In this document: in pieces, positions 1 to 11,944 of the stretch | How the letters are laid out: every line of letters begins with the position of its first letter | How positions within the stretch are numbered: position 1 is the first letter of the stretch | Assembly (NCBI GenBank): GCA_951406725.2 | Contig: OX597821.1 | Location: 31,620,001-31,684,000, forward strand | Length of the DNA stretch: 64,000 nt | Reading direction: 5' to 3' | Origin: Octopus vulgaris | Lineage: Eukaryota | The notes under the pieces: generated by a model | What the model was told of the DNA's origin: nothing | Databases searched by the model: none | What the model saw: only the letters and a program-made list of their open reading frames with translations | Position numbers and translations under genes: made by a program

Positions 1-4
1 AATT

Positions 5-416
5 TATCTGTAAAAAAATATGGGACACTTATTCAACAGCCAATATAAATCTCAGAGTTTCAGATGCCGAGGGGGAAATCCACAACACCATCTCTTCGGG
101 TATCTGGCCATCTGAAAAACGCTATGAAAAAAGACCGTAATACGAAAGAAAATTACTGTGTTATAATTTCGCTACTTATATAAAAGCGCTAATACCATGA
201 CCGCTAATTAAAATAATGTTAAAAGTCCATAGTAAACACGTAAGCATGCCTACTCATATGCTGACATATATATATATAAGCAGCGAAATTATAACACAGT
301 AATTTTCCTTTGTGTTACAGCCTTTTTTTATAACGTTTTTCAGATGGCCAGATAACCGGCATCTGAAACTCAGAGTTTTATTTTGGCTATTGAATAATTG
401 TCACATGTTATTTTAC

Positions 417-420
<4 letters not shown>
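5..420. mobile_element. Fold-back non-coding element abutting (TA)n, with a decayed hammerhead
   Basis: ~5-182 is an inverted copy of ~270-420. Minus strand 45-103 reads ATAC-CCGAAGA-gatg..catct-GAAA-ctctgag-AT-TTAT. The plus arm keeps GAAA-ctcagag-TT-TTAT but has an internal deletion. Confidence 0.65.

Positions 421-509
<89 letters not shown>
418..509. repeat. (TA)n microsatellite, representative of more than 25 (TA)n/(CA)n tracts
   Basis: Direct reading. Other large tracts: 1210-1282, 3466-3598, 5551-5610, 6975-7062, 7575-7651, 19070-19188, 23095-23237, 30746-30886, 42868-43058, 43417-43472, 47082-47124, 51496-51640, 58718-58761, 63874-63957. Confidence 0.98.
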
Positions 510-1205
510 GGCACTTTCTTTGTTTCTGGAGGATGAAATATAACAGTTGTGCGAAGAGATTTATTTCTTGATTTATTTTTCCTGTACTGTATTTTTGTTG
601 TAGCATGATGCGTCTAATGGCTTCCTATTTATAATTATTTCTTTCGAATTCTGTAATAGATGTTTTAATTCATTATCGAAGCTGTCACTGAATGTCAATG
701 AAATGTATAGCTTCTACTTACTTAAATCACTCACCGTTCTATGGAATGACACGTTTCAATTGTTATATCGAATCAGTACTTTATATTTGCCATGGACATT
801 TTTATATCACACTACGTAAATGGAGCCAAATTTTTGGCAACTAAATTCTAAATTAGATCTAAACAATTACAATCTTTTTTCCTACCAAAATCAATTGTTC
901 ATCAATCTTTTCATCTCCCGCAGTAAATCTTTAGTCAAACTAACAAATTTTTGTATAATGCGGGAAGCTGCAAAGGGTACGTGAGTTTTAATTTAGAAAC
1001 TTTTAGCCTTCCATAATTTATTGGCTTTGAGCGATTTTTTATACGCTTATTTCCTTATACAAAATATGGTTTCTTATATTGTCTTGATAAAAAAAATATT
1101 CCTCCATCGTCTTATCGCGAAATGAAGTATTTTGCAGCATATTGTAACAGGTCAAATGCCCATTTAGTGATAGTGATTTAAGAATCATTCTTCATTACAA
1201 TACAC

Positions 1206-1286
<81 letters not shown>

Positions 1287-3462
1287 ATATAACAAAGCAT
1301 AATTCGCTAGATCTTTGAATATTGCACGTCAAAAATCTAATCTGTTCAAATTATAATCAACGTTGATATGAAATATCAGTTCCTATCAATTTGATATATA
1401 TCTTTATTTTTCAGACCGGTGCTGAGGTGGCACTTCTAATCGACCTGTAGAAACAATGATCCGTTATTGATATTTTGTATGGAATATCGCATCATCTTTA
1501 AACAGCCTCCCAATAGTATATTCAATATACAATTACTACAAGTTGCATTGCGGCTTCTTGTACGTTGGAGACTATTTGTCACCGTTAGCAAGCAGGCTTA
1601 AACCTACCGAATATATAAGATATGTATCTAAGAAATATTTCTTTTACTAACGCTACACTTTATAAAACATAATTAACAGTTACAATCATTTAGTTTGTAA
1701 ATAATTTTTGATAATATAATATTTAACAGTTCAATGGCTTACTGTAACAATTGTTCGGGTAATAGCAGCTTCTGTAATGCATTCAGGGTCTTTCTTTTAA
1801 AATCGTTCAAAGCTATTTTACTGGGCATAACTATAGTAATGTTGCTATTACTTTTATACTACAGCTTCCAATTTCGTTTTGCAAGACCATTCGATGGTGT
1901 GACCGTGAAACATACTAGTTACTATATGTCTCTGTTACTGAATAAAGTTTTCACATATGCTTGCGCGATGTTTGTCACATGAGCATAGGTGTAATAGGCA
2001 ATAAGCGGAGATGACTAGAAGAATGTATGTTATATCATAAGGGAACCATTCTGCATACCACTCCGTTTCACAGCGTATTTCTTCACAACATAATAAAATT
2101 CGCAATCTCCCATTTTCCTCTAGAGTATGTAATATTCAGTTTGTGGTATTATTTTAAAATATTAATTCGCATTTAAGAGTTTAATTTTAAGTGATTAAAG
2201 CTTTTTTCAGTTGGGTACATTAGCTAAACACAAGCTTACTAATGTTTATCAATAAAATGTGCTGCGAATATACTATGTATGTAAATGGTACGTAGTGAAA
2301 CCACACCTTACTTCAATCATCTTAAAAACCATTAATTACGTTATTTCAAGATGAAGAAGTTGATTGTAGGATCCAACATAAATATTTCAAGTAAATAAGA
2401 ATGGAAAGCTGACGTAAAATACAATTTTGTAATAACAGCACGTTTATCTGCAAGGGAATTAAACGGTGTTGTCATTCTATTCTTTTGATGTTGAAGTTCA
2501 AGAGAAAAAGACGAGATAATAAATCTCTAGTGAACAAAATTATTTGCCCAAATATATTGTTTTAAAGCTGTGTATAATTGTTTAAATTATTAGTTATAAA
2601 AAATATATAGCACCAAATTTCAAAGACAATATCACGCTATTAGTTTAGGTGAAAACGATAATAAATCATTATCAACGAATTACGTCAAGAGAAGACAAAT
2701 ACATACAAACTATAGTGCTAATACCATATTGCGTTGGTGTTCGAAAAATGAGAGTAATAAATATCGTGATATTGACGCCATTAACCACGACAAATACAAA
2801 TAAGATAATCTTGAAAAAAAACTATATAGGAGGCGAAATAATAAAACTGATTAAAGTAACAGAAATTTGGAGGAATTCTTTATTATGAATATGTGACTTA
2901 AAGGTACCTTGATATCACTGAAGCCCTTAATAATAGCGAACCTAATTAATATAATTAATATTTAATATTTTTGATATAACAACCCATGACTTTCTGTCAT
3001 AACATATGATTTGAATTTCTTTAACATATTACAGAATTCAGTATTTCATGGAAGGAAATTGGAAACTGTAGAATATTTAGGGGTTGTTGCGGCGTGTAAC
3101 AATGTTTCGTCTCTTCTTTAAGAAAATAGCCGCCATATTTGAAACAGAAATAAAGCTAATAAAACCAATGTTATCGTGTGCAGCTGGAAGCATATAAACG
3201 GTTGCTGATTAAAATTTAATTGACACGGAAATATGACCCAGCTGATCTTTATACCAGGTATAAGATGCAACTTTTAAAACGAAAACAGCCATTTAAACTT
3301 TAAGGTTCAATTAATTCATTTTCATTAGTTTACATGGGCACTACTGAAACAAATTTACTGGTGTATATCATGGGATCAAAACAATGACTTTAAGGAATGA
3401 ACCAGCAAACCTGAATCCAATGCTAAATTCAAAATATCCTTTTAAAACGTACTGTATAGAAT

Positions 3463-3503
<41 letters not shown>

Positions 3504-3518
3504 ATATATGTATGTATG

Positions 3519-3605
<87 letters not shown>

Positions 3606-3787
3606 AAAGGGCTTAGTAAAATAAATTACTTTGCCGCATACTGAACTCATTAGAAATAGCAGCTAAAAAAACTTTTTTAAAACTATTTCCAATACTTAAA
3701 GAAAATCTCTCTCGTAAAGTGTTTGCTCAATTCAACTCACGAAAGTATGAGGGTAGAAACATTAAAAAATCAAATGCAAAGGTTATT

Positions 3788-3839
3788 TGAGAACGTACGT
3801 TTCAAGATTAGTCAAAAAGACATTTCTATCATCAGCTCA
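3788..3839 (-). ncRNA. Minimal type I hammerhead ribozyme (inverted copy)
   Basis: Reverse complement of the motif at 4103-4154. Confidence 0.72.
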
Positions 3840-4102
3840 GAACTCCCTGGTTTGGATTTGAAAACACTGAAAGTAGGAGCATACCTTTTCGGCCTCCCAT
3901 CGTCTCCGAAGATCTACTCGAAACTAACAGTGCCAGCAAATTCGAACATGCAAGCGAAGAATTTCTGCTCTCCCCCTTCCACCAGCGTGGGTTAAAATCA
4001 GCAAACAACATGCTTTTTTTCGGTAAAATCCGAGGCATTAAATAGAGAGATATGAATTATAATTTCCACTTTCAGTGTTTTCAAATCCAAACCAGGGAGT
4101 TC

Positions 4103-4154
4103 TGAGCTGATGATAGAAATGTCTTTTTGACTAATCTTGAAACGTACGTTCTCA
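4103..4154 (+). ncRNA. Minimal type I hammerhead ribozyme
   Basis: TGAG-CTGATGA-(t aga aat gtc ttttt gac taa tct t)-GAAA-CGTACG-TT-CTCA. Helix I TGAG/CTCA, intact core, palindromic helix III, GUU triplet. Helix II is imperfect. Confidence 0.75.
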
Positions 4155-4658
4155 AATAACCTTTGCATTTGATTTTTTAATGTTTCTACCCTCATACATT
4201 CGTGAGTTGAATTGAGCAAACACTTTACGAGAGAGATTTTCTTTAAGTATTGGAAATAGTTTTAAAAAGTTTTTTTAGCTGCTATTTCTAATGAGTTCAG
4301 TATGCGGCAAAGTAATTTATTTTACTAAGCCCTTTTATATAATGTAAAAATTTGAATTCGCCTTAAATGGTCCCTTTGCATACTGAATACTTGGTGAAAT
4401 TGATTAATTAATTAATTTTACCCTCAATTGTTGAAATTATAATTCATATCTCTCTATTTAATGCCTCGGATTTTACCGAAAAAAAGCATGTTGTTTGCTG
4501 ATTTTAACCCACGCTGGTGGAAGGGGAGAGCAGAAATTCTTCGCTTGCATGTTCGAATTTGCTGGCACTGTTAGTTTCGAGTAGATCTTCGGAGACGATG
4601 GGAGGCCGAAAAGGTATGCTCCTACTTTCAGTGTTTTCAAATCCAAACCAGGGAGTTC

Positions 4659-4710
4659 TGAGCTGATGATAGAAATGTCTTTTTGACTAATCTTGAAACG
4701 TACGTTCTCA
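4659..4710 (+). ncRNA. Minimal type I hammerhead ribozyme (unit 2)
   Basis: Same motif as 4103-4154, 556 bp downstream. Confidence 0.75.
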
Positions 4711-5215
4711 AATAACCTTTGCATTTGATTTTTTAATGTTTCTACCCTCATACTTTCGTGAGTTGAATTGAGCAAACACTTTACGAGAGAGATTTTCTTT
4801 AAGTATTGGAAATAGTTTTAAAAAAGTTTTTTTAGCTGCTATTTCTAATGAGTTCAGTATGCGGCAAAGTAATTTATGTTACTAAGCCCTTTTATATAAT
4901 GTAAAAATTTGAATTCGCCTTAAATGGTCCCTTTGCATACTGAATACTTGGTGAAATTGATTAATTAATTAATTTTACCCTCAATTGTTGAAATTATAAT
5001 TCATATCTCTCTATTTAATGCCTCGGATTTTACCGAAAAAAGCATGTTGTTTGCTGATTTTAACCCACGCTGGTGGAAGGGGGAGAGCAGAAATTCTTCG
5101 CTTGCATGTTCGAATTTGCTGGCACTGTTAGTTTCGAGTAGATCTTCGGAGACGATGGGAGGCCGAAAAGGTATGCTCCTACTTTCAGTGTTTTCAAATC
5201 CAAACCAGGGAGTTC

Positions 5216-5267
5216 TGAGCTGATGATAGAAATGTCTTTTTGACTAATCTTGAAACGTACGTTCTCA
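5216..5267 (+). ncRNA. Minimal type I hammerhead ribozyme (unit 3)
   Basis: Same motif, 557 bp downstream of 4659. Confidence 0.75.
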
Positions 5268-5547
5268 AATAACCTTTGCATTTGATTTTTTAATGTTTCT
5301 ACCCTCATACTTTCGTGAGTTGAATTGAGCAAACACTTTACGAGGGAGATTTTCTTTAAGTATTGGAAATAGTTTTAAAAAAGTTTTTTTAGCTGCTATT
5401 TCTAATGAGTTCAGTATGCGGCAAAGTAATTTATTTTACTAAGCCCTTTTATATAATGTAAAAATTTGAATTCGCCTTAAATGGTCCCTTTGCATACTGA
5501 ATACTTGGTGAAATTGATTAATTAATTAATTTTACCCTCAATTGTTG

Positions 5548-5610
<63 letters not shown>

Positions 5611-5861
5611 GTCCATTAACCATATAATTCTTTCACAATTATATGAAAAAATTATATGGTTAATGGACAATATGTCCAATTTTTCGGCATATCTGGCATT
5701 AGAAATAGTTTCGTTTGCCCTTAATTATGAATTGTTTATAGATTTAACCTTTAAAGGTATTTTTTGATATGCTGGCCATTGATAAAATTTTTGGGGGAAA
5801 ATAATATTTTTTTCGAAATAATTTTATCTTACATTAGATATATGTATGTATGTATATATAT

Positions 5862-6435
5862 CTTAGGGATAAAGGTTTTTATCCCTAATAGTGGTTTGGA
5901 TTTCAGCTGTTCCATCTAGCGTGAAAGGAATCCTATGAAGGATACCTGTTATGTGTTTAAATGTACACTATATTTATATGAATAATATGTAGTCTATTGA
6001 CTAACTTTTCTACACTCTAGGCCACAAGTAGTAAACATTTCTAAAATATTCTTTAACCTGATATTATTAAATATTGATAGAGAATTGTTCGAAGAAATGC
6101 CGGTATGTTATTTACTGCCGACAAAAACTGCGCTTGCGCCGTGGATTTGAAAAGTTATAATGTACAAGCAAGAGGCACATGCTGGATTTGCCTCGTACTT
6201 ACGTCTCATCTAGGCGTACCTGTTGATGAAGACTTTGCCTAGCAAATTTATTTGCTACAAAAAGTCAGAAACCATGGTCAAGAAAATAGATGGTAAATGT
6301 TTTTTCTTTTTCATTCCCTCCGACTTTTTTTCCCCCTAATAGTGGTTTGGACTTCATTTCTTCCCTGTATCGTGAAAGGAATCCTATGAAGGATATCTCT
6401 TATGTGTTTAAACATACTCTGTATTTATATGAATA
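5862..6435 (+). mobile_element. Older (TA)n-flanked element with ~100-bp diverged direct repeats and a degenerate hammerhead
   Basis: 5883-5985 resembles 6334-6435 (period ~451). At 6223-6279: TTGATGA-agacttt..tagcaaat/atttgcta..aaagtca-GAAA-CCATGG-TC. Small 5' hairpin tagggataaa/tttatcccta. Confidence 0.65.
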
Positions 6436-6448
6436 TATATATATATAT

Positions 6449-6972
6449 AAAAATTGAGGGTGATAAATTAATATTAATTTTAATATCAATTTAAAACCAG
6501 TAGTCCAGCATTCAAAAAATCTGAGGAGTCAGAGAAAATTCAAATACATGTGTATATTGGCAGGGCTGGCCTGCTAGGTAGCCGGCCAGAATGCTAGAAA
6601 TAGATCATAAATGATCAAACTACAAGGGAAATTCTCTAGAGGAAGAATTCAGCGAACACCAGAACCAAATTTGGCGGGCAGGACATATGAAAAATTAAAT
6701 AAAAAACAGACTTAAATGCATACCTCGGTTTCGGTCTTAACAAAAGAATTACTTGCATAATTCAAGTGTCCGTGACTTCTTCAGTACATTCGGTCCTCGA
6801 GATGCAAACTGAAAGACTAACCCCAGCTCTCTGTGTCAAGACAGACACGTGCTTAGTCTTACTGATTACATCGGGAATAAAATTTCAAATGTCTTGGTTC
6901 CGGCGCGCTAAGAGACTCCTGAAGCGAATAATTCACTGCGGGTAAAGCTTACTACTAGGGAACGTATTTATT

Positions 6973-6975
<3 letters not shown>
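6449..6975 (-). mobile_element. (TA)n-flanked hammerhead-bearing element
   Basis: Contains the HHR at 6715-6790. Its left terminus (aattgagggt..tcaattt..accag) resembles the reverse complement of the 3' terminus of the 3599-5553 element. Confidence 0.75.
6715..6790 (-). ncRNA. Type I hammerhead ribozyme
   Basis: Minus strand: AATGTA-CTGAAGA-agtc..gaatta/taattc..gacc-GAAA-CCGAGG-TA-TGCATT. Six-bp helix I, intact core, GUA triplet. Confidence 0.8.
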
Positions 6976-7054
<79 letters not shown>

Positions 7055-7089
7055 TGTATATATAGGTTGATAGGTTAATAGATTGATTG

Positions 7090-7572
7090 ATAGATAATCA
7101 GAAAGATAGATAGATAGATGAATAAATAGAGAGAGGGAGAGAGAGCAGAGGGCTCTCTCTTCCACTTCATGATTCATGTATTTACTTAGTCATTTACCAT
7201 TGCATTGGAATGAGTTTAAGGATGGTGACCTATTAAAAAATGTGTGGTGTGGTCAACATTGAATTTTTTTTTGTTTTCTTTCTCTATACCCCCATTTCTT
7301 CCCCTCCCGTTCTTTCTTTTCCCTTTTTTCCTCCTTTTCTTTCCTCTTTCCTTTTTTCCTCTTTTTTTTATTTTTCTGCACTTTGAGTTAGATTTAGAAT
7401 ATGAAATTTGCTGTCTCCGCTTCTCTCTCAAACATTCAATTTCGAAAAGATTTTTTGATGCAATATAGTTCTGAACATTTGTAAAGATGAGCCACATTTG
7501 GAATTTAAAAAAATGCTAATTCTCCGCTTTACCATGAGACAATCAATTTTGGAGAGAATCCCTTGATGAAAT

Positions 7573-7640
<68 letters not shown>

Positions 7641-8620
7641 ATGTGTGTGTGTTTGTCTGAGAATATGCCCATGCTTATAAAGTCTAACTTCGATGTTTTG
7701 CATTGAAAAACAAAATCACGCTTCTTTCAATTTCATGATTTAGCATTAGTGAACATTAGTATGACACTTGCAAACTAGAAAAACACGCAAAGCTCAGAAA
7801 ATCTCAATGCAACATATACACACCTAAATATTTACTGAGATAAGCATTATGTTTCCTTTATTTGAGTTATATTTAGAATACAAAATGCACTATCTCCGCT
7901 TTCCTTTCCAACATTCAATTTTGCGGAGAATTTTTTGATTAAATGTAGTTCCATCGCTGTTTGGTATTGCGGATTGTCCCTTGCACATTATTAAAAGAAA
8001 ACATTTTTGAATTTTCCGTCGTTGCATATTTCCAGATGCTTACTTAATGGAATCTTACGCAATTCCTCTCGTCGGATATGTTGCCTGTGGATTCTTGCAC
8101 ATTGGCAGAGGGAATTATTTGTTTCGCCAATGTAATTTTCTTTGAAGTTAATACAGTATATGAGGTTATTTTGTTTTGCATTTCCTATCTGCAAAAACAA
8201 AGCCTCATATACTGCATTAGCTTCCCAAACTGTACAGAAAATTACATTGGCAAACAAAATAATTCATTTTGCTGACGTGTTTTTTTAATGCAAAACATCG
8301 ACGTTACACAGTATTAACAGGGACATTTTCCCAAACACACACACATGCACTCAGAGAGTCACTTCATCAAGGGATTGTTTCCAAAATTGAATGTAAAAGG
8401 CAGTAAAACGGGAAAAGGAAAAAGGGAAAGAGGGAGGGGAGAGAAAGTAAGAAAGTGATGATTACACCTCACCTGTTTTTTTTCGAACAGGTCGCCACCC
8501 TTAAACCCATTCTAATACAATGGTAAATTACTAAATGAATAAATGAAGGGTGAATAGGAAGGGAGATCTGTCATCTCTCTCTACCTATCTATCAATCGAT
8601 CTGTCTATCTATCAACATAT
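7090..8620 (-). mobile_element. Decayed Penelope-like element remnant: GIY-YIG endonuclease C-terminus, duplicated 3' end and inverted segments
   Basis: Minus strand ~7915-8180 gives NLIYCINFKENYIGETNNSL..RIHRQHIRREELRKIPLSKHLEIC..MELHLIKKFSAKLN. An inverted copy (LIYCISFPNCTENYIG) lies at 8195-8275. 7385-7480 resembles 7860-7950, and 7150-7250 plus 7540-7715 are inverted at 8280-8570. Confidence 0.8.
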
Positions 8621-8881
8621 CTACCTACCTGTATTTCTATCCATATATATCCATTGTCATGGAACCTCACTAAAAAAAAAATAAATAAATAAATAAAAAC
8701 CATGTTCTCCTCTTCTAAACAAAACCTGCAGAAAATATCTTTTATATCAATGAACAAGCTGATTGTGCATTCACAAAATTCTATTTGCCAAGTTTGAGAA
8801 ATGAACGAAGACACTAATAATAAATAGAAGTGTTTTTAAGAAAATTTCTGATGACCCTTTTTCACCTAACACACACACACA

Positions 8882-8931
<50 letters not shown>

Positions 8932-10239
8932 TCGGAATTTCAGCATATTCATTTGAAAGAGGTGGTGTGAATGATTGACGCTGGAATTGAGATGAATCTG
9001 AAATTATAATCATGCCAAATCTAAAATTCTATACTCTCAATTTCTATATAGGCAGCCGATTATGATAGCTTGGTACGTTGACTTGATAGTAATTAAGTGA
9101 CACTCACAATGTCAACAATTCTCCTCTAGGATTATATTTTAGTGTATCATAACCCTGAAATCCACCACTACTGTCTTCCAGCCGATCTTTGTCACCCTAC
9201 CCGCGGCAAAATTACATGAAGAAGGTCAACCGTTTAAGAATAACCAGTTAGTGTAATTAATTTCAAATATTATACACATGGAACAATAATTATTCAGTAT
9301 ATCATTGTATACGCAAAGCAAAAACATTGGTAATTATAAAATATTTTAATTCATTGAAACAATTTAGAAGATTGCCTCGACCACGCGTTCGGTTTCGGCA
9401 GAGAATAGTATAAAGATTATGTTTATTAAGTAAATTTTAACATGGTCATCTAAGTAGACTGAAGGGATGCTGATTAACGATGCTGGAGTTGTATGACACA
9501 CTCACACACATATGCTTTTATGTATGTCTCTTCGTATGTACATATATGGAGGTATGTATTGCCAAGGTAGCGACCTACACAAAAGCCATTCGTTTATAAG
9601 TAGCACACGTATTTCATTAATTCTCATTAATTTACACACGTGACGTCGGCCCATGTCTCCAAACGTTTATTATAGCACAAAAATAAAACTGCTAATCTGA
9701 ATAAAATATTTCAATGAATTAATAGCCAAGATTGTTTCCAATCGCTCTGCACGGTTTAATAAAACGTCTATAAAATATATTCCCCATTGTAAATTCGATA
9801 TTACAAAAATGGGATGACGAATGGAAATGTTATTTGGAAGATACCAGTTTATGGAAACCATTATGCAATTATATAAATCTAGACGGCCTCTTATAACTGG
9901 CCAAAACAATTTATTAAAATAAAATAGTTTTCAAATGTAGTAATTGTGAAGATTCATGCACTTATGCTGTTGCATATCACCTGTCAAGAATGAATTCTAC
10001 ATTCACACCGGTAATTATTTAGTAAAACTAACGACAATCCAACAACGGCTAAGGAATTCCTCTAGAATGATGTTAGTCTCCCGTGGTCTGAGACGGTTCA
10101 GCAATTTCTTGCCGAACGATCTTTACAGATGAATGTTATATTTTGATCAAGTGTTTGTGCTGTACATTAGTACACTTTCTCTATCAAACAGATGCTGGCA
10201 AAACAAGAACACAGTTCACGACGATTCTGGTGTCGAAGT

Positions 10240-10365
10240 GATTAAAGTGTAATGCGAAGAGAATTGTTTTGCTCAAGAACACAACGCACCACTTGCTCCA
10301 GGAATTGCAACCACCATCTCAAGATCGTAAGTGCAACACCCTAATAACTGGTCCATGTGGCCTCA
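10240..10365 (-). mobile_element. tRNA-derived SINE fragment (same type as 22260-22582)
   Basis: Reverse complement shows A/B-box-like head followed by gttgtgttcttgagcaa. Confidence 0.6.
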
Positions 10366-11097
10366 CTCTCTTTACAATACTGTTGATTACTTTAAAAGAG
10401 GAGTAATTTATTTATGTGATGTGAGTGTGGAAATAACTAAATACTGGCATTCATTTACAACCTTTCAGTGGTTTTAATATTTCAAAACACATTAAATACT
10501 CTGTGAAGCTTTTAATGCATAGATGTAATGTGTAGCCTATCACAACGCATAGCATCTAAGCTCATAAAAGCTCAGAAATGAAATTACTCAAAACATCGCA
10601 GTAAAAACATTATAAATATACTTAGTAATATTGGCTATAAATGAAAGTTCATTCCAGATAATTGAAGGTATATTCAACAGTCTCTTTTGTAATTTAAGTA
10701 ACGAATGAAACAACTGAGGATACGCTTGCTATTTCTATATATTCAGGAGGAATTTATATGAAATACGGCAGAATTCTACGACAGTTTACATTTGTAATTA
10801 AAAGATTTGATTTATGTAATGGACCGAACAGAAAAATCCAATCCAAAGAGTTATACTGTTATACATATAGATATGTGTGTGTTGGATTCTTAGAACTTTC
10901 AAAACGAGAAAACGGGGAGCCATTATGGTCCTCTGGAGGACATTTGTACTCAACCATTTGGACTACTGTTCCTAACTATGTTTAACACAATCCGTGTTTA
11001 TATAGACGTGTATACATTATACATGCACATCCAAATACACACACGCACATACACACACGCATATATATATCCTACTCCCGTTACCATATGTCAATAT

Positions 11098-11944
11098 ACA
11101 AGGGGATATCCAAAAGTGAGACAAATCCTTTGTAGTTCAGCTTTCCGCCAGTAGAAGCCATTTGATATGACCCTCAACCATATGAGTAAGATCGTACTGC
11201 CACGGAGTGCGAGTTTGTTTTGCAGTGTTTCTTCCATGTTCGTTGATTTTTTGAGTTGGCTGAAACGAGGGAACAGTGTACATCTGTGAGATTTTGATAT
11301 CTACTGGGGAACACGGCGGTGGGAGCAGTTGTTATGCGTTAAAAAACTTACAATGGCGCTGTCATAAGCAAAAGCAAAGTTTACGTCTGGTTTTCACGCT
11401 TTAGGAATGGTCACTTGTCTCTTGAAAACCATCTCGTTGAATATGACCGTCGACATCCCTAACAAATCAAAAAATCATGAGATTCCATGAACTGACTTTG
11501 GAGGACCATCACCGAAAATCGGACAAACTTGTTTATATGACTGGTGTGTCCTGGAACTCGTGACAACGAATTTTGATCGCGTAATTGCAAATGAAGGGTT
11601 TGCCCCTCTTGCTCGGGAAGGTCAAAAGCAGTTACGGCTAAGTGCGTGTCGCGAACTGAAAGCACTGTTGGAAATTGATCCGGGCCTTTTTTCGAAGGCC
11701 ATCACTGGGGACAAAAGCTGGTGCCACAGAATTTGCAGATGTGGAAGATATGAAGAATAAAGCGACGGAGGTTTTAAAAGGCATCGCTTTGCAGCACTGC
11801 TTTGAATATTGGAAAACGTGCATTGCTTCAAATGGAGAATACTTTTGAAAACGACAAGAGAATACTTTGAAAACGATAACATGTAAAACTAAGTGAATAA
11901 AATAATATTGAAAAATTCCTGTTTCTTTTCAGTATCTCTGTCTA
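11098..11944 (+). mobile_element. Degenerate, internally deleted Tc1/mariner transposon
   Basis: Fragments translate to SKSKVYVWFSRFRNGHLSLE (mariner HTH) and DPGLFSKAITGDKSW (first catalytic D motif). Stops and frameshifts present; TIRs weak. Confidence 0.75.

Larger units (their letters stand above)
3599..5553 (+). mobile_element. Young Penelope/retrozyme-like non-autonomous element: inverted 5' segment plus ~2.7 tandem 557-bp units, inside (TA)n
   Basis: 3599-4066 is inverted relative to 4068-5553. Unit starts at 4068, 4624 and 5181. Copies are nearly identical, with one HHR per unit and (TA)n on both flanks. Confidence 0.88.

Noticed and set aside
1414-1466. Possible HHR relic (CTGAGGT..GAAA-CAATG-ATC)
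   Set aside because: Core mismatch and poor helices; cannot be distinguished from chance.
3723-5332. Four repeated 73-100 aa ORFs (MLNSTHES..)
   Set aside because: TTG starts, antisense to the HHR, no recognisable domain, and C-termini shift with homopolymer indels. They are a by-product of the repeat.
7555-8380. TTGATGA..GAAA-ATG-TC motif in the Penelope remnant
   Set aside because: No helix I pairing and a microsatellite in the would-be helix II.
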